From: Antedon mediterranea
Lineage: Eukaryota > Animalia > Echinodermata
NCBI RefSeq assembly: GCF_964355755.1
Contig: NC_092674.1
Span: 23,436,001 to 23,500,000, forward strand
DNA length: 64,000 nucleotides
Direction of reading: 5' to 3'
Of the stretch, positions 38,101 through 51,607 are shown piece by piece. The notes beneath the pieces are model-generated. The model was not told the DNA's origin and searched no databases. It saw nothing but the letters and a program-made list of their open reading frames with translations. A program made the translations under genes and the position numbers. Positions within the stretch are counted from its first letter, which is position 1; each line of letters begins with the position of its first letter.

Positions 38101-41100
38101 CCTTATATTTCCAATATGGGGCTTTTATGTAGCAGCCCCATGGAGGACCGATCCTTGGGTTAATTTGGGCAAATCCATAAATGTTCCTTAAGAAACTAGG
38201 TTGCACAGGGAGATTTATTCCATGGACATATCTCTATGAATCTACATTTTCACCCCACATACCGTATTTCCAATATAAGGTATCTTGTAGCCCCACATAG
38301 GTAACCTAATGTCCATATGTAGAGAACTTTTGACAAAAATTGAAATCAGTCATCTCTCCAGAAGAGTTCTCTAGCCTTTTAATGGTCTACACTATCAAAC
38401 TAGTTTTACAAAAAAAAAGTGATGTGCCCAAATATGGTAGTAATATATAGGCACACAAAATTTTTTGTCACATTAAGTAGTATAGAAAGAGCTTATCAAA
38501 CTAGTTTGGCAAAAAAAAGTGTAATGTGCCTAAATATTATAGTAGTGATATGACATCATCTTGTCCATATATGGCCACATCACATTTCTGTTTGATAGTA
38601 TAGACAGAGCTTTAAACATGGTTGTCTATTTAAGACTATAATTTTAATTTTTTTTTTTAATGATGTAGATCCACTTTGCAAGTTTTCGGAACACCAGCAT
38701 ATGGAGCAGCACTCTCTCCTTATACCCATTGATAACGCTATTCAATGGTGGACATTCTCCAATGAACAGTTCAAACTAATGGCAACATTAGAAGAAAGTT
38801 TTTATTGTGTAGGGTAAGGGTTTTATTTTAAATATTAGCCAACCGTTTTCAGGGCTGTAGCCACCAGTATTGTTGGTAAGGTTTCAACCTGACCACTTTT
38901 TACAGAGGGCTTTTTAACCCATTGGCTTGAACAGAGATTGTTCTCTTTTCTTGCGAAAACCGGACCACCACTAGAAGAAAGTTTTTATTGTGTGTTAAAA
39001 ACAGGCCTCTCATCAGTGTGTTTTTCTCCCCAGTTTTCACTGGGAGTCCTCTTTTAATCTTTGGATATTTCCCACAAAATGTTTTAAATTGCAGTGTCTG
39101 GGACAACCTACTAGTAACATGTTGCAACGTCATCACCGTTTATGTGCTTGAAAGAAAGGAAAGCCAATGTAACTTTCGTAAAATAAATGAGTCGTTACAG
39201 ATGTTTCATCGCAATCACAAGTTCAGAATCCAAGTATGGGATGACAAATTTTTGGTAAGTTGAAAACCGTAGAACCGCCTCTTCTGGGAGACAGACTTAA
39301 AATAATGGGACACCACTATTAAAACATTTTCCTATAAAAATACCATTAAAACATTTTCCCATACAAGTAACTATTAATGAAGTACAGTATGTATTAAAGC
39401 CTTTGTTGTTTGTCTTGAAATCACTCTAAAGCTCTGTCTATCAACCTTAATGTGACCAAAATGTGATGTTCCCATATATGGACATGGTGATGTCATATCA
39501 CTACCATATTTGAGCACATCACACTTTTTTGTCACAATAGTTTGATGGTGTAGACAGAGCTTTAGACTACGGCTAACCTCTATTCTGGTGACCCTTATTA
39601 AAGCGGGCTTCCCACTTGGACGCAACAGAACCTATGCAATGTAAAAAATTCCCTTCCAATAATTGTGATTTCCCCCCCCCCCCTGTTTGAAATCAAACCT
39701 GCTTAGTTGCACGACGTCAAAGTTAGTTGCTGTAAACTTTGACCTGGTTCACCCAGCATATTTGCTACGCGCTGTAGTATGTATTCCAGTGTTCTTGCCT
39801 TGTATTGTATCCTAATTTGTTTAGTATCTTTGTGCCAGTTCATACGGTACTTAGTTATTTACACGGGTAAGTTGGTTCCTACCCACCAAAGTTTGCGGTA
39901 ACTGTGCTCATGAAAACAACTAACTCTGGTAAATAACTATGCCTAAACGGGCGCTTAGGAAGTTATGTAATACAGCAGATTTGGTAAAAACAATGAAAAC
40001 AATTTGTGAAAAACACCTATTCGGGGCAAATCTTTAATCGTCAATAAATAATTATCTAACTAAACTTAATTAGTAGGCCTAATGGTTTTCAATTGCTGGT
40101 ACAATATAGTACGGAAAGTATGAACGCACTTTCTAAAGCATTGAGACAAAGGTTACGTGCGACGCATGCTGTTAGATCTCAGTGCAAGTAATCTGTTTGT
40201 GGAAAAAATGTTACATCTTTTTATGAATTCTTAAGGCTAACAATTTATAGTTTTCTTTCCAGAATTATGTAAAGCAAAAATAAAATTAATTAATTTATAA
40301 AGTTATATTTATGGATATTTACTGATTGATTCCAAAATGTATTTTAAGTGGAGAGAGGCACTATGTCAACAAATAGTTCTTTGTCTCCCCTCAAACCTGC
40401 TTAGTTTTTTTGTCTCCCCTCCATAACGGTTGTCACATAATGCTTTGTATGTATTTCTTTTATTTTGTTGTTGTATATTTATGTTTCATATGGACAGTTT
40501 TTCTGAAATAAAGTTGAATTGAATTCAGTCTATGCTTGTCCTTTTATTTTTGTTATAATGATTTTTTCTCGGATTTTATTATTTTCAGATATATTCAGAT
40601 GTTTCTGAACCTACCATTAACGTTTATAGCTTAGACGATTTTACCAGACTAGCTGTTCTTCCCTTTGAGACTCCAATATATCAGGATTCACGGATGTTTG
40701 GAGATTTTCTTATATGTAATGTACTTGATTGTTGTTTTTTTTAAATATAATTGATGACTGATTTTCATGATGCTAAGGCCTACATTTATTTCCCTATTTT
40801 GATATTATTTATTCTATAAACAATGCTACGATATAATAACTGAATACAAAATTTAAATTAAAGTGGTGTATCATTTTGTGTTCTCATTCGTGCATGAGGT
40901 CTCATTTATTAAGCTCGGTCTAAACTATCAAAAAGATGTGCCCATATATGGACAAGAAAATATCACTACCATATTTGGGCACATGACACTTTTTTTGTCA
41001 AACTAGTTTGATAGTGTAGACAGAGCTTTATAGTAGAACTTGTATTAAGAAACCCTTCAAACATGGCAAAGTGTTCTCTTTAATAGAGCTGTCATCTGAA

Positions 41101-42344
41101 TAGGGGTTGGGCATAGTATTAAATATATATTGCCCCTTTTTTTTGTTTCTTGAGAAAGTGTCACCTTAATAGGGGTGTCCCTGAATAAAGATGTCTCAAA
41201 GGAGTGGTTCTACTGTGTTTATATTGAATTTCAAGTACAAAATCCTCACTACACCACTAACAACGGTAGCGGGACAATTCGGCCCTGAGATGATTCAGCC
41301 CAGGACCATTCGGCCCCGGGACCATTTGACCCTGAGACAATTCAGCACACTTAAATTTCTCAGCTTTGATAGGCATTTTATAAGCATAAAATAAGCTTTT
41401 TTCCCCAAACTTTATTTTCAGAGAGACTATGGGGTAGTACTACTAGGGATAAAGATACAATATAGCAAACATTTTGAAAACATTGTCAAAAATGATAATT
41501 TTTTAGTCGCACGAACGATGTAAACAGGTTACGCCTTCTGTTGGCCGCTTGGCGAATGCACGAAATAAACAAAGTTTTCGAATTAATAAATTGAATATAA
41601 AAGTACGTTTTTTTTTGTAATTTATTTTATATATTATATCAACATTGTCAATCAATAAAATACGGATTGTTAAACACCTTTAAAAACTTGATAAATACCA
41701 AAAAAAATGAATAGGAATTTTGTGTATAACGTTTTGGCCCAAAAGTGGACCGAATTGTTCCACCAAAAGTGAGCTGAATCGTCCCGGGCCGATTCGTCTC
41801 AGGATTCTTGACAATGATTAGTTATACAGGACGATAATGTATTGTTTTAAATACTGTACCAACCAAAACATGTATTTAAATTAACACATTTTTACAGGTG
41901 TTACTACAGTAACCTGTAAGTAGGTAAATAGGGAATATTGAATTAAATTTTGTGTTTTTTTTCATAGATTCTGATTTAACTACATTGTGTATTCAGAATA
42001 TAAAGACTGGAAAGATGGCGAATATGTTTTGAAATTATTTCAAATTACATGGAGACATACTAAAAGTGGATTATTTATTGGCGATGTTAACGAGTACATG
42101 TAGAATAAATTTGAATGGGTTTATTGAACCTGTCTGGTGTTCAGAGAGCAATGTGACTGACGTAGAAGCAGAAGAAGCTGAAGAGTTTAAGCTAATTGAA
42201 CCTAAAGTTATTTGGTCTGAAGCACAAAAAATCTTTCCAATATACCGGTATATCAGTTATGGTGAAAGTATCGTTATTCTGGAAGTAAATCACGATTGGA
42301 AATGCACTGTAAAACAGTATTATATGACGGATACAGGTTCTTAA
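35174..42344 (+). CDS. F-box domain protein with divergent beta-propeller-like C-terminus; possibly truncated by an in-frame TGA at 42030
   Basis: Exons 35174-35296, 35587-35890, 37210-37338, 38669-38813, 39095-39254, 40589-40715 and 41968-42032 (the frame stays open to 42344). The F-box GIPHILESIFWQLDAKSILRAKQ|VCCLWK...LWRHLC spans the first junction and splice phases match. The last two exon boundaries are less certain. Confidence 0.7.
35930..37115 (+). repeat. 94-106 bp tandem array, 12 copies, within a Tigger-like MITE in the F-box intron
   Basis: The core GTGTCCCCTGAATAGAGG (or a close variant) recurs at about 36021, 36118, 36215, 36312, 36406, 36500, 36594, 36688, 36788, 36894, 36995 and 37097. 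Confidence 0.93.
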
Positions 42345-42607
42345 ACTATTTGCAAAAATATAAAAGAAAAATCATTACCAACATGGTAATATAGGTACTG
42401 TATTAAATTGTCCTACAGTATCATAGGTTTGAGTTGATAATTTAAAAAGGTATATAAAAATAAACATAAAATATAGTAAAGAGTTTACAATACAAACCAT
42501 TGTGTTTCAACATCAGGTACTGAAGACCTATAGTTGTTATCACAGGTGTATAATATTTACACATCTAAATACAAATATATAAAAGCAACAATACAAAAGA
42601 AAATTAG

Positions 42608-43268
42608 TGTATAAATTTATTTTAAGTTCCTTTTATCATATATATGTATATGTATAAATCCAAAGGCAAATTACTGAAAAAATGACTGCTGTGGTTATCA
42701 GTGGCTGGATCTCAATGGAGATACAAAATGAAAATGCTGTGGGTATCAGTGGCTGGATCTCAATGGAGATACAAAATGACAATGCTGTGGGTATCAGTGG
42801 CTGGATCTCAATGGAGATACAAAATGACAATGCTGTGGGTATCAGTGGCTGGATCTCAATGGAGATACAAAATGACAATGCTGTGGGTATCAGTGGCTGG
42901 ATCTCAATGGAGATACAAGATGACAATGCTGTGGGTATCAGTGGCCGGATCTCAATGGAGATACAAAAAAAGAGGAAAGCTAAATCAAAATATAAAACAG
43001 CCAGAAAAGTTTCGTGCAACACTTGGTGCAAGTGAAAGTACTTGGACAAAGTGGATAGTAGTAGTGTATATGTATCTATGATGAAGGGCTAATGTTGCCG
43101 AAAGCTCTGCTAATTTTTCTGGCTCTTTTACTTTATCATTTTGATTTAGCTTTTTGCTTATTTTATTTTGTATCTCTATTTAGATCCAGCCACAGCATTG
43201 TCATTATTTTCAGTAATTTGCCTTTGGATTTATATGTATATATTTTTACACTTAAATTTATCGTACAA
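42608..43268. repeat. Foldback (long inverted repeat) with a 48-bp x6 expansion in the left arm
   Basis: ATAAATCCAAAGGCAAATTACTGAAAA pairs with TTTTCAGTAATTTGCCTTTGGATTTAT, and AAAGCTAAATCAAAAT pairs with ATTTTGATTTAGCTTT; tandem units at about 42688-42966. Confidence 0.85.
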
Positions 43269-43682
43269 TATGAAATAAAAGTGGGTTGTCCAGGGGGTTG
43301 CATGACACTGTTATTTGTTTTAAAAAAATTGATTGTTAGTCTTCTAAAAAAGAGAAGTTTAATTTTAGTCTTTTTTAAAAAGGGAAGTCCAGATTGCTCA
43401 CTGCTTTCCACTATAACAATAAAAATCAAAAAAAAAAAAGAGATTCGGCAAGTAATTTTAGATCAAAACTCCAAATTTGTTACAATATGATGGTCGTAGC
43501 CGAAACGACAAGACAATTTCAATTTTTTTGGGAAATACAACATAATCTACTGTAGTCTTAATTTTAACAATATGCTGGAGAGCTTTATCTTTGTTATGTG
43601 ATGATCTAGGACCTCAAAACTCGCCTTTTCTGATTTTTTCTACAGCGCCATGAGCAATGAATGTTGGAATGGCGCTATATAA

Positions 43683-44247
43683 TGTAATATAACGATATAC
43701 ACCTTTGTATCGGAATTCAAATAGGTTCACAAACTTGACCCAGAAAGTCCAAAGGAGAGTTTGTCCAGATGTTTTAATGACCATTTAGTTTATAATAGAG
43801 TCCCTAAAGAAAACACTTAGCTTAACTTTGCGACCGTTCCCATCGTAAAACAATTAGATACTGACAGTTTTAAGCAGAGATTCGACAGGGCCAATTCATC
43901 ATTGTAACCTCCCCAGATAAGATCAATCATTCCCACTTAAACACCCCTGGATCAACTTAGGACCAATCGTTACCCTCACAGATTACGTAGTGACATTATG
44001 CAAATGAACTGAGCCAATATACTCCCAAGTTTCAGAAGGGCCCAGACACACCTCACAGCCACTTCTTCAGAACTAGACCTACACACTTCACACCTCACCG
44101 ACAGCATCACTGTATTCTCTGTTCCTGTTTCTATACTATATTGTATTGTATTGAGTATATAACGTATTATTGAATAAACAATGTGTTACGACAGTCAAGC
44201 GAGTCAGAGTCTTCATTAGTACCTCAACAACGCAACATTATATTACA
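43683..44247 (+). mobile_element. Solo LTR (Gypsy-like), 565 bp
   Basis: TGTAATATAA...TTATATTACA termini, 4-bp TSD ATAA, internal CCAAT, ATGCAAAT and AATAAA; inserted into a retroposon tail. Confidence 0.85.
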
Positions 44248-45489
44248 ATAAATCGAACGATTGATTGATTGTTTGACCTATGTGTATTATTACATCATTT
44301 ATCATAAGGCCTTGTTGTGGTCCATTGAATGACTTTGTGAAATCAAACTCAAAGTATGCAAATAGTGCTTTCCATAGCTAGCTAGCTCATAGGTCGTCGC
44401 AACAATCAAAATACTCCATATTATGTAAGAATGGGTTTGTTACATGATATAATGTAAGGTTGTAGCATTTAAAACACAACTTTTTATTATTTTTTTAGTT
44501 AAATACTTGGAATGCTGTAAATATGTAATTTTTGTTGTCGAAGATTTTGTACAGTATTTGCAATAAATTGCAGTAAAATTATGTATTTGAGTGTCTTTCT
44601 CCACACTCCATCTTCATTAACTCTTATTATTTGTCTCTGTTGGCGCACCATATGGCAGAAATAACCTTGGGTGTCGTGTCACGTTTGTGAGGTAAATAAA
44701 ACGAATTCAATTCAAGCTGTTTTTGTACGTAAATATAGACTATAGAATTTATATATATGATTTAATTATTAATATATTATTAAGAAATCCTTGAGGCTGC
44801 ATTTTAGTTTAGATTATTTATAATTGCGTTATTGGAAGCTTACAAATAGGCCTTATTTATTAGCTAGGCCTAGTAGGCTAGCCGAGGCGCATCCGCCGCA
44901 CACACACAGCGAGCACAACAACCGGGACCACCGCTGTGTGGGTTTAGGCCGTAAATGTTGGCAGGTATGCTAGCTAGGCCTAGGCCTATTTAGTACAGTA
45001 TACTGTATGTGTTTTGGTGATTATCGCTTCCTTTTTGCCTCTCTTCTAATTTATTGAATATAATTAATAGTAATCCTGGATCTCCGTAATCCTAATTACA
45101 GGTTTTTCAGGTAAAATATTATTGTTGGTGATCAAATTTCTGTTCAAAATGAATAATTATTATTGATGTGACATTAATCAAAATGGCATAGGCCTAGGCC
45201 TAGTTAGGTAGGCCTATTTAATTCAACCAAAAAATTAAAATAAACTATTTTTTTCAGCAGGCCTATATATCCCTTTTTTGAGCTTGTCCCACTTTCCTTT
45301 GTAGTAAAATCTTTCACATGATATTCATGGGATTAAAATACATTTATATTATTATTTATAATATATATAATTTTTTTTTTCTTTTTGTCCATTTAAACAT
45401 TTTTAGATGATAATTTAACTTGTTAAAAAAAGTATAACATGGCAAGAAAAGATATTAAAGTGAATATTCAAGAGCGTAGAGCCAAAAAT

Positions 45490-45660
45490 CAATTTACCAG
45501 CAACAGTTAAATGCTTCACTAGTCTGAACAGTTTCAAGACCAACCTGAAGACGTCGCTATTCACTGATGTACTTGCATGTTGCTAATGCACAAAGCGCCA
45601 TGAGCTCCACATGGGTGGGGGACACCGGCTCTATACAAGTTTTATTATTATTATTATTAA
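45490..45660 (+). mobile_element. LINE/SINE 3' tail in the TMEM165 5' region
   Basis: Reads SLNSFKTNLKTSLF, then AAGCGCCATGAG...CTATACAAG and (TTA)n. Confidence 0.55.
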
Positions 45661-45832
45661 ATATATCCTCCCTTTTCACAAAGATAGATGAGATGAATGC
45701 AACAGTTTAGAAATAAGATGTTTATAATGATAGCAATATACAGTATCTGTGTATTTATTCTATTTTTTATTTTAATAATTTTCAGCACTGTAAAAAAAGT
45801 GTTTTTAAGCAATATACACTGCTTAAAGTTAA

Positions 45833-48800
45833 ATGACGTCTTGTCATCTTTGCTTACTGGCCCTAGTAGGCCTTCTGAATATTGCCTGTTTATATGCAGA
45901 GTTAGCTCCACAAGAGCCGGAAGAGGTTAACAATGTAGTGAATAAAGAAGACAAAATTGAGGTGAGTTTTTGGGCCTCAGCAGAATTTGATGATCACAGA
46001 GTCATCATGTACAGTGTATTGATGTTGGAAAGGTTGGCTATAGTGTTTTTCATACTGTTACTTTTTGATTTTTAAAATAATGTTGCAGTGTTTTAGCAAC
46101 GAGAAATAAGTGGTACAGTGATTGTACGAAACATGGACCACATGGTTATAATATCAAATGCCTCTGAAAAATTGGTCAGGTTGAAACCTTACCAGCCGTA
46201 CTGGGGGCTATGACCCTGTGTTGCCATTTTATTTTTTTTATAGTCATCTTATATAACTTTGCCATGCAATAAATAATAAACAATTTGATATAACAATCTT
46301 ACTACATCTTCAAAGTTTCAGAATGATGATAAAAATGAGATAAAGAAGACGTCTGTTACGTCCAGTCTCGGATTTGTTCATGGCTTTCTAGCCTCGCTAT
46401 CGGTGATCATTGTCAGCGAGCTTGGCGATAAGACGTTCTTCATTGCTGCCATCATGGCTATGAGGCATGCTAGACTAACGGTGTTCAGTGGCGCCCTCTT
46501 AGCTCTTGCAATCATGACAATTCTATCAGGTAATTTAATTCTCTGATTGTTTTAATATGAAAAAAAAACATCCCCATATTCACATACAGTATTACCTAAA
46601 ATTTACATTGAAGAGAAAAAAGTATTTCCAAAATACATATCAGCATATGTCTGGCATATAAATACTGATGCTGAAGAATTTGTTTGAATAACACTCAATT
46701 GTGGTTTGACCACATTTAGATTTATTTTTTCCATGATATTTTGAGATAGTCTCCTATTCAAGTCCTACCGGGCCCTGACAAGAACTGGTGTTTCAACATG
46801 ATATATTTTTATCTTCTCTTTAAACTGTCTATCCTATTTTTTCTCCCTTATAGCATTTCTCGGTTTCGCTACCACTGTGATTCCACGATCATTCACATAT
46901 TACGCATCAACTGCTCTGTTTGCGATATTTGGCTTGAAAATGCTACGCGATGGGTATAAAATGGCGCCCGATGAAGGGCAAGAGGAGTTCGAGGAGGTGC
47001 AAGCTGATCTTAAACGACGTGATGAAGAGGTGAGTAAACCCGAAAGCAGTGTGCATAGCAAACTTGGAGATGACTAGACCAGCATGAAAAACTAGTAATT
47101 GATTTGTCTGCAGACAGAAAATTATGAATGGATTTATTTCAAAATTTCAAAACTACATCTTTTTTTTTTTCAATAATGTACTTTGCTTAAAGACACCTTC
47201 CCTACGTTTTTTAGATCTATTTTATGATAAATCCCAAAATGCATTGCGCGCGGATTGATATTTCTGCTTTTCTTCTGTAATTAACCCACTTTTCGATCGA
47301 TCGCGAGGCCAAAACAAATGGAAGACCCCTAACTTTTCAGCGAAAATACCGGGTTTTCCCCAATTTGTATCAACGGAGTCTGGCAAAAATAGAAAGACAA
47401 TTAATGCAGCAACTATACAACGTCAGGCTAGGTATATAGCTAGCGTACGATGTTTGTACGTTACCAATGTTTACCAGCTAGGCCTACAAAACTAAGCCTA
47501 GCTAGGCTAGGCCTAAAGACCGTCCACGAGAGGTCAGTCGCCGCGAGCTACTTAGGTAGTGCATTGTTTCTCACTTTTTATCATAATTGACCATAAAACG
47601 TACATTTAAGACAAGGAATGACCTGGTTTAATGTTTTGAAAGTAATATATATGTATTATTTTTACAAAACGTCACAAATTGTAGGGAAGGTGATGATTAC
47701 CAAACAATGAGTAAATTTTGGTTTGATTTTTATACTAATGTTTGGTTTTTTCACCAGACATTTTCAGCATAGTAACAAATTTCAAAGAATGATACAAGTG
47801 GAATTTGCATCACAGAATCAATCAATCAGCATTTGATTTGTATTTTCAAATCATTATGTACAGTATGTATGTACAGTACACCTGACTAGCATAAATAAAT
47901 AGTTTCTTTTCATTGTGTTAACAAAGCTACGATTTTGATATGAATGCATCTTAATGTCTAAAGCTCTACTTTTTATTTGAAGCATATTCAATGAGGGTGA
48001 TCCACCCAGACATTGCTGATCATTTGGGACCTACAATTTCAAACTTTATGTGAGGTGCTCATATATGGACACTAGTACCCCTTTCACACCAAAACTCCGG
48101 AGTGTCTCCGGAGACACCCCGGGGTTTATGACCATTCAAAACGTCGAGAAACTCCGGAGATACCCCTTTCACACCAACCTAGCAACACCGGGGTTTATAA
48201 AATAAAATTGTAAATGTCGCCCTCTATTTTGTTTGTTTACATAGCGACGATCATTAGAATCATTTTAATTAATAATATTTTAAATTTAATAATTACTTTC
48301 AAAAGTCTCAGAAGTAATATAATGTTTTATTTATACTACTTATTATTTTCTAGACCCGCTATATATTGTTTACAAATATTATAGTGTTTTAAAATAAAAC
48401 TAAATAAATAATTGATTGCGAGGATAACCTTTTGACCCGAAACACTCCGGAGTTTGATGTTGATACCTTTCACACCAAAACACCGGGGTGTCCCCGCAGT
48501 TCGCTCTCCGGAGAATGTTCAGCTGTTCAACCCCGCAGTTTTAAACTCCGGAGTTGCTTGATTTTACCTTTCACACCAAACAGCGGGGCGTCAACTCCGG
48601 GGTGTCTCCGGAGTGTCTCCGGAGTTTTGCTTTTGGTGTGAAAGGGGTATATGACATTATATCACTACCATGTTTCACTAGTTTGGTAGTGTAGAAAGAG
48701 CTTAACTTAATAAGATTTGTTTTTACTTTTCAGAGAGAAAAACAGACCATGTCCGGTGTAACAGAAGACCCCGAGTCGGGAATCATCCGTGTGCAGAGTC

Positions 48801-50112
48801 CCAAAAAATTATTAGGAATTTTTTCACCAATATTTTTACAAGCATTAACATTAACATTTTTAGCAGAATGGGGTGATAGATCACAGATAACTACAATAAT
48901 TTTGGCAGCTAGGGAGGTAAGGAAATATGTCATTTTATTCTTTCATACATTGATAAATTCATCCATCAATTGAATTCTTATTTATTCTGTGTTTTTCTTA
49001 CACTTTCAGAATGTTTTTGGAGTTACGATAGGTGGGATTTTAGGACATGGTATATGCACAGCTCTTGCCGTTATAGGTGGTAGAATGATAGCACAAAGAA
49101 TATCAGTAAAATCAGGTTAGTATAAAAAGAGTGTAATAGTAGGGCGTCTGCATACCAACCAACCAAAAGAGTTAGGCTGACTCTCAGAGGCGTAGACTGG
49201 AGCAGTGATTGCTGTCTGAAAATAGTAAATGCGGAACTAATCTCCATATCTCCACATACCCCTTTCCATGGGGCTGACCTAAGGACATTTTTAAAAATAG
49301 AGCTGCTAGGTCCCTGAAAATGACATATAATTTGAAATATGAAACAAAATGTATAAGACTACCATGGCTGGAACTTATTAGACTTCGAAATATGAGACAA
49401 AATATATAAGTCTCCGAGACCAGTTCTTTGGTTGGCGTTGAGCTAAAAACTTTTGAAAAAGGTCCTCATAAAATGCACGTATACTTTGAAAATATCAGAC
49501 CAAGGCTTACATTTTTGCCTTTTTGTGCACCCTTCTCACCCTCATTTATTTACTGTGTTGATCAGTTATATCCGTTTGTGTGTTATATACCAATGCTCAT
49601 CTTCATATAATAGTAGCTGTAGCTTGGTGGTGCTTGCCTTTCAATCCCAAGGTCCAGTATTCAATCCTTACATATTAGCAGGGTTGTAACTGCCGACTTT
49701 TTCAACTCCACTCCCTAAGCCTCAAATAAAACTTACCATATTTATTCAAATAAATGCTCCGCTTTGAATAAACGCCTTTCTCAAATAAATGCCCAGGGTA
49801 TCATCCAGTACAACAAGAAGTCAAGAAGATAATTTTATCTTGTAATTTTTTAGATGTTTTTATATGAATGGTTATATGCTATATTGTTTTTATTTATTAT
49901 TTGAGGATCATTAAAAGTTATCTTATCTTATTCTAATAAACACGGTAGTTTATAAGCACAACAATTTTGTTTCGATTATCCATCCTGTAATTGATGAGTT
50001 ACTTATGAAAATAGCTCATATATGATTTCATCTTTTTACAGTAACTATTATAGGTGGGATTGTATTCCTGGTATTTGCATTATCAGCGCTTTTCTTCAAT
50101 CCGGACGATTAA
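45833..50112 (+). CDS. TMEM165: Transmembrane protein 165 (GDT1/UPF0016 family Ca2+/Mn2+ antiporter), about 290 aa
   Basis: Exons 45833-45961 (signal-peptide-like), 46322-46529, 46854-47029, 48734-48916, 49010-49115, 50042-50112. Both UPF0016 motifs are present (SELGDKTFF, AEWGDRSQ) with the acidic central loop EGQEEFEEVQADLKRRDEE. Confidence 0.96.
47191..47692. mobile_element. Kolobok-like MITE, right end damaged
   Basis: TTAA-AGACACCTTCCCTAC ... GTAGGGAAGGTG. Confidence 0.5.
48076..48649. mobile_element. MITE with TACCCCTTTCACACCAAAA TIRs, nested in the ~130-bp MITE
   Basis: Terminal inverted repeat plus many CTCCGGAG subrepeats. Confidence 0.85.
49612..49735 (+). mobile_element. tRNA-derived SINE family copy
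   Basis: AGCTGTAGCTTGGTGG head. A close relative lies at about 62355-62480, with reverse head fragments at about 20560-20632 and 30865-30940. Confidence 0.6.
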
Positions 50113-50346
50113 CTCAAGTTGCAATCAAGTTGTCAAGAACACATTCTATCATCTTATGAAAAACAAATGATTAAAGTTTGTTGTATATAAGTATTTGTAT
50201 TGTACTTGTACATAGCAGATGTATTATCAATCGGATATCAAAAATATTTATTGTTGCGTGACAATGTTTACCACACTAAATATTTTAAGAGAAACTGAAA
50301 TTTACTTGACCTATGACATGCTTCAGGAAGGTCAAATATTGGGTCA

Positions 50347-50480
50347 CAGGGGCGATTCCAGGATTTTTTATGGGGAGCCCTGACGTAACATAATAACATT
50401 AATAGTCTTGTCAAAAATAGAAATGTCAGCTGTCAAAGGGGATCGCACAACCCAGCCACTGCCCCCTGGATCTGCCCCTG
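50347..50480. mobile_element. Small hAT-like MITE
   Basis: CAGGGGCGATTCCAGG / CCTGGATCTGCCCCTG; flanks GGTCA and GGTTA. Confidence 0.65.
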
Positions 50481-50729
50481 GGTTAAAACATACAGGTATT
50501 TGGTGAAAATATGTTTTACCAACTTTTAAACTTGGTCGAGCATATGTTCCAGACTATTGTGATTGTCTTATTGGCAGTCAGCAATTGAAAGTACTGTACT
50601 TGATTTCTCAGAATAATTGACAGACAGGGTGCTACTGCAACTATTAACCTAACCTCAAAAATCTTACTAAAATATTGTTTTTTCCCTTTTTAATACTAAT
50701 GATAATACTGCAATTAATACATACATTAG

Positions 50730-51607
50730 AACCCTATTCAGGAGACATTCCTAGTAAGGGCACACTTTTTCATGAAACATTGTTTCAATACTACAACTAA
50801 ACCCTTTCCAGGGAACACCCCTATTCAGGGGACATGCCTAGTAAGGGCACACTTTTTCATGAAACATTGTTTCAATACTACAACTAAACCCTTTCCAGGG
50901 AACACCCCTATTCAGGAGACATGCCTAGTAAGGGCACACTTTTTCATGAAACATTGTTTCAATACTACAACTAAACCCTTTCCAGGGAACACCCCTATTC
51001 AGGGGACATGCCTAGTAAGGGAACACTTTTTCATGAAACATTGTTTCAATACTACAACTAAACCCTTTCCAGGAAACAACCCTATTCAGGAGACATGCCT
51101 AGTAAGGGCACACTTTTTCATGAAACATTGTTTCAATACTACAACTAAACCCTTTCCAGGAAACAACCCTATTCAGGAGACATGCCAAGTAAGGGCACAC
51201 TTTTTCATGAAACATTGTTTCAATACTACAACTAAACCCTTTCCAGGAAACAACCCTATTCAGGAGACATGCCTAGTAAGGGCACACTTTTTCATGAAAC
51301 ATTGTTTCAATACTACAACTAAACCCTTTCCAGGGAACACCCCTATTCAGGAAACATGCCTAGTAAGGGCACACTTTTTCATGAAACATTGTTTCAATAC
51401 TACAACTAAACCCTTTCCAGGAAACAATCCTATTCAGGAGACATGCCTAGTAAGGGCACACTTTTTCATGAAACATTGTTTCAATACTACAACTAAACCC
51501 TTTCCAGGAAACAATCCTATTCAGGAGACATGCCTAGTAAGGGCACACTTTTTCATGAAACATTGTTTCAATACTACAACTAAACCCTTTCCAGGAAACA
51601 ACCCTAT
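50730..51607 (+). repeat. 87-bp tandem array, 10 copies, downstream of TMEM165
   Basis: Near-identical units containing CCCTATTCAGGRGACA; explains the 312-aa repetitive ORF. Confidence 0.95.

Noticed and set aside
42030-42032. Selenocysteine interpretation of the TGA
   Set aside because: No recognisable SECIS seen downstream and no redox-motif context; a nonsense allele is simpler.
42636-43081. 16-aa repeat ORFs
   Set aside because: A 48-bp array in a foldback arm, open in several frames by chance.
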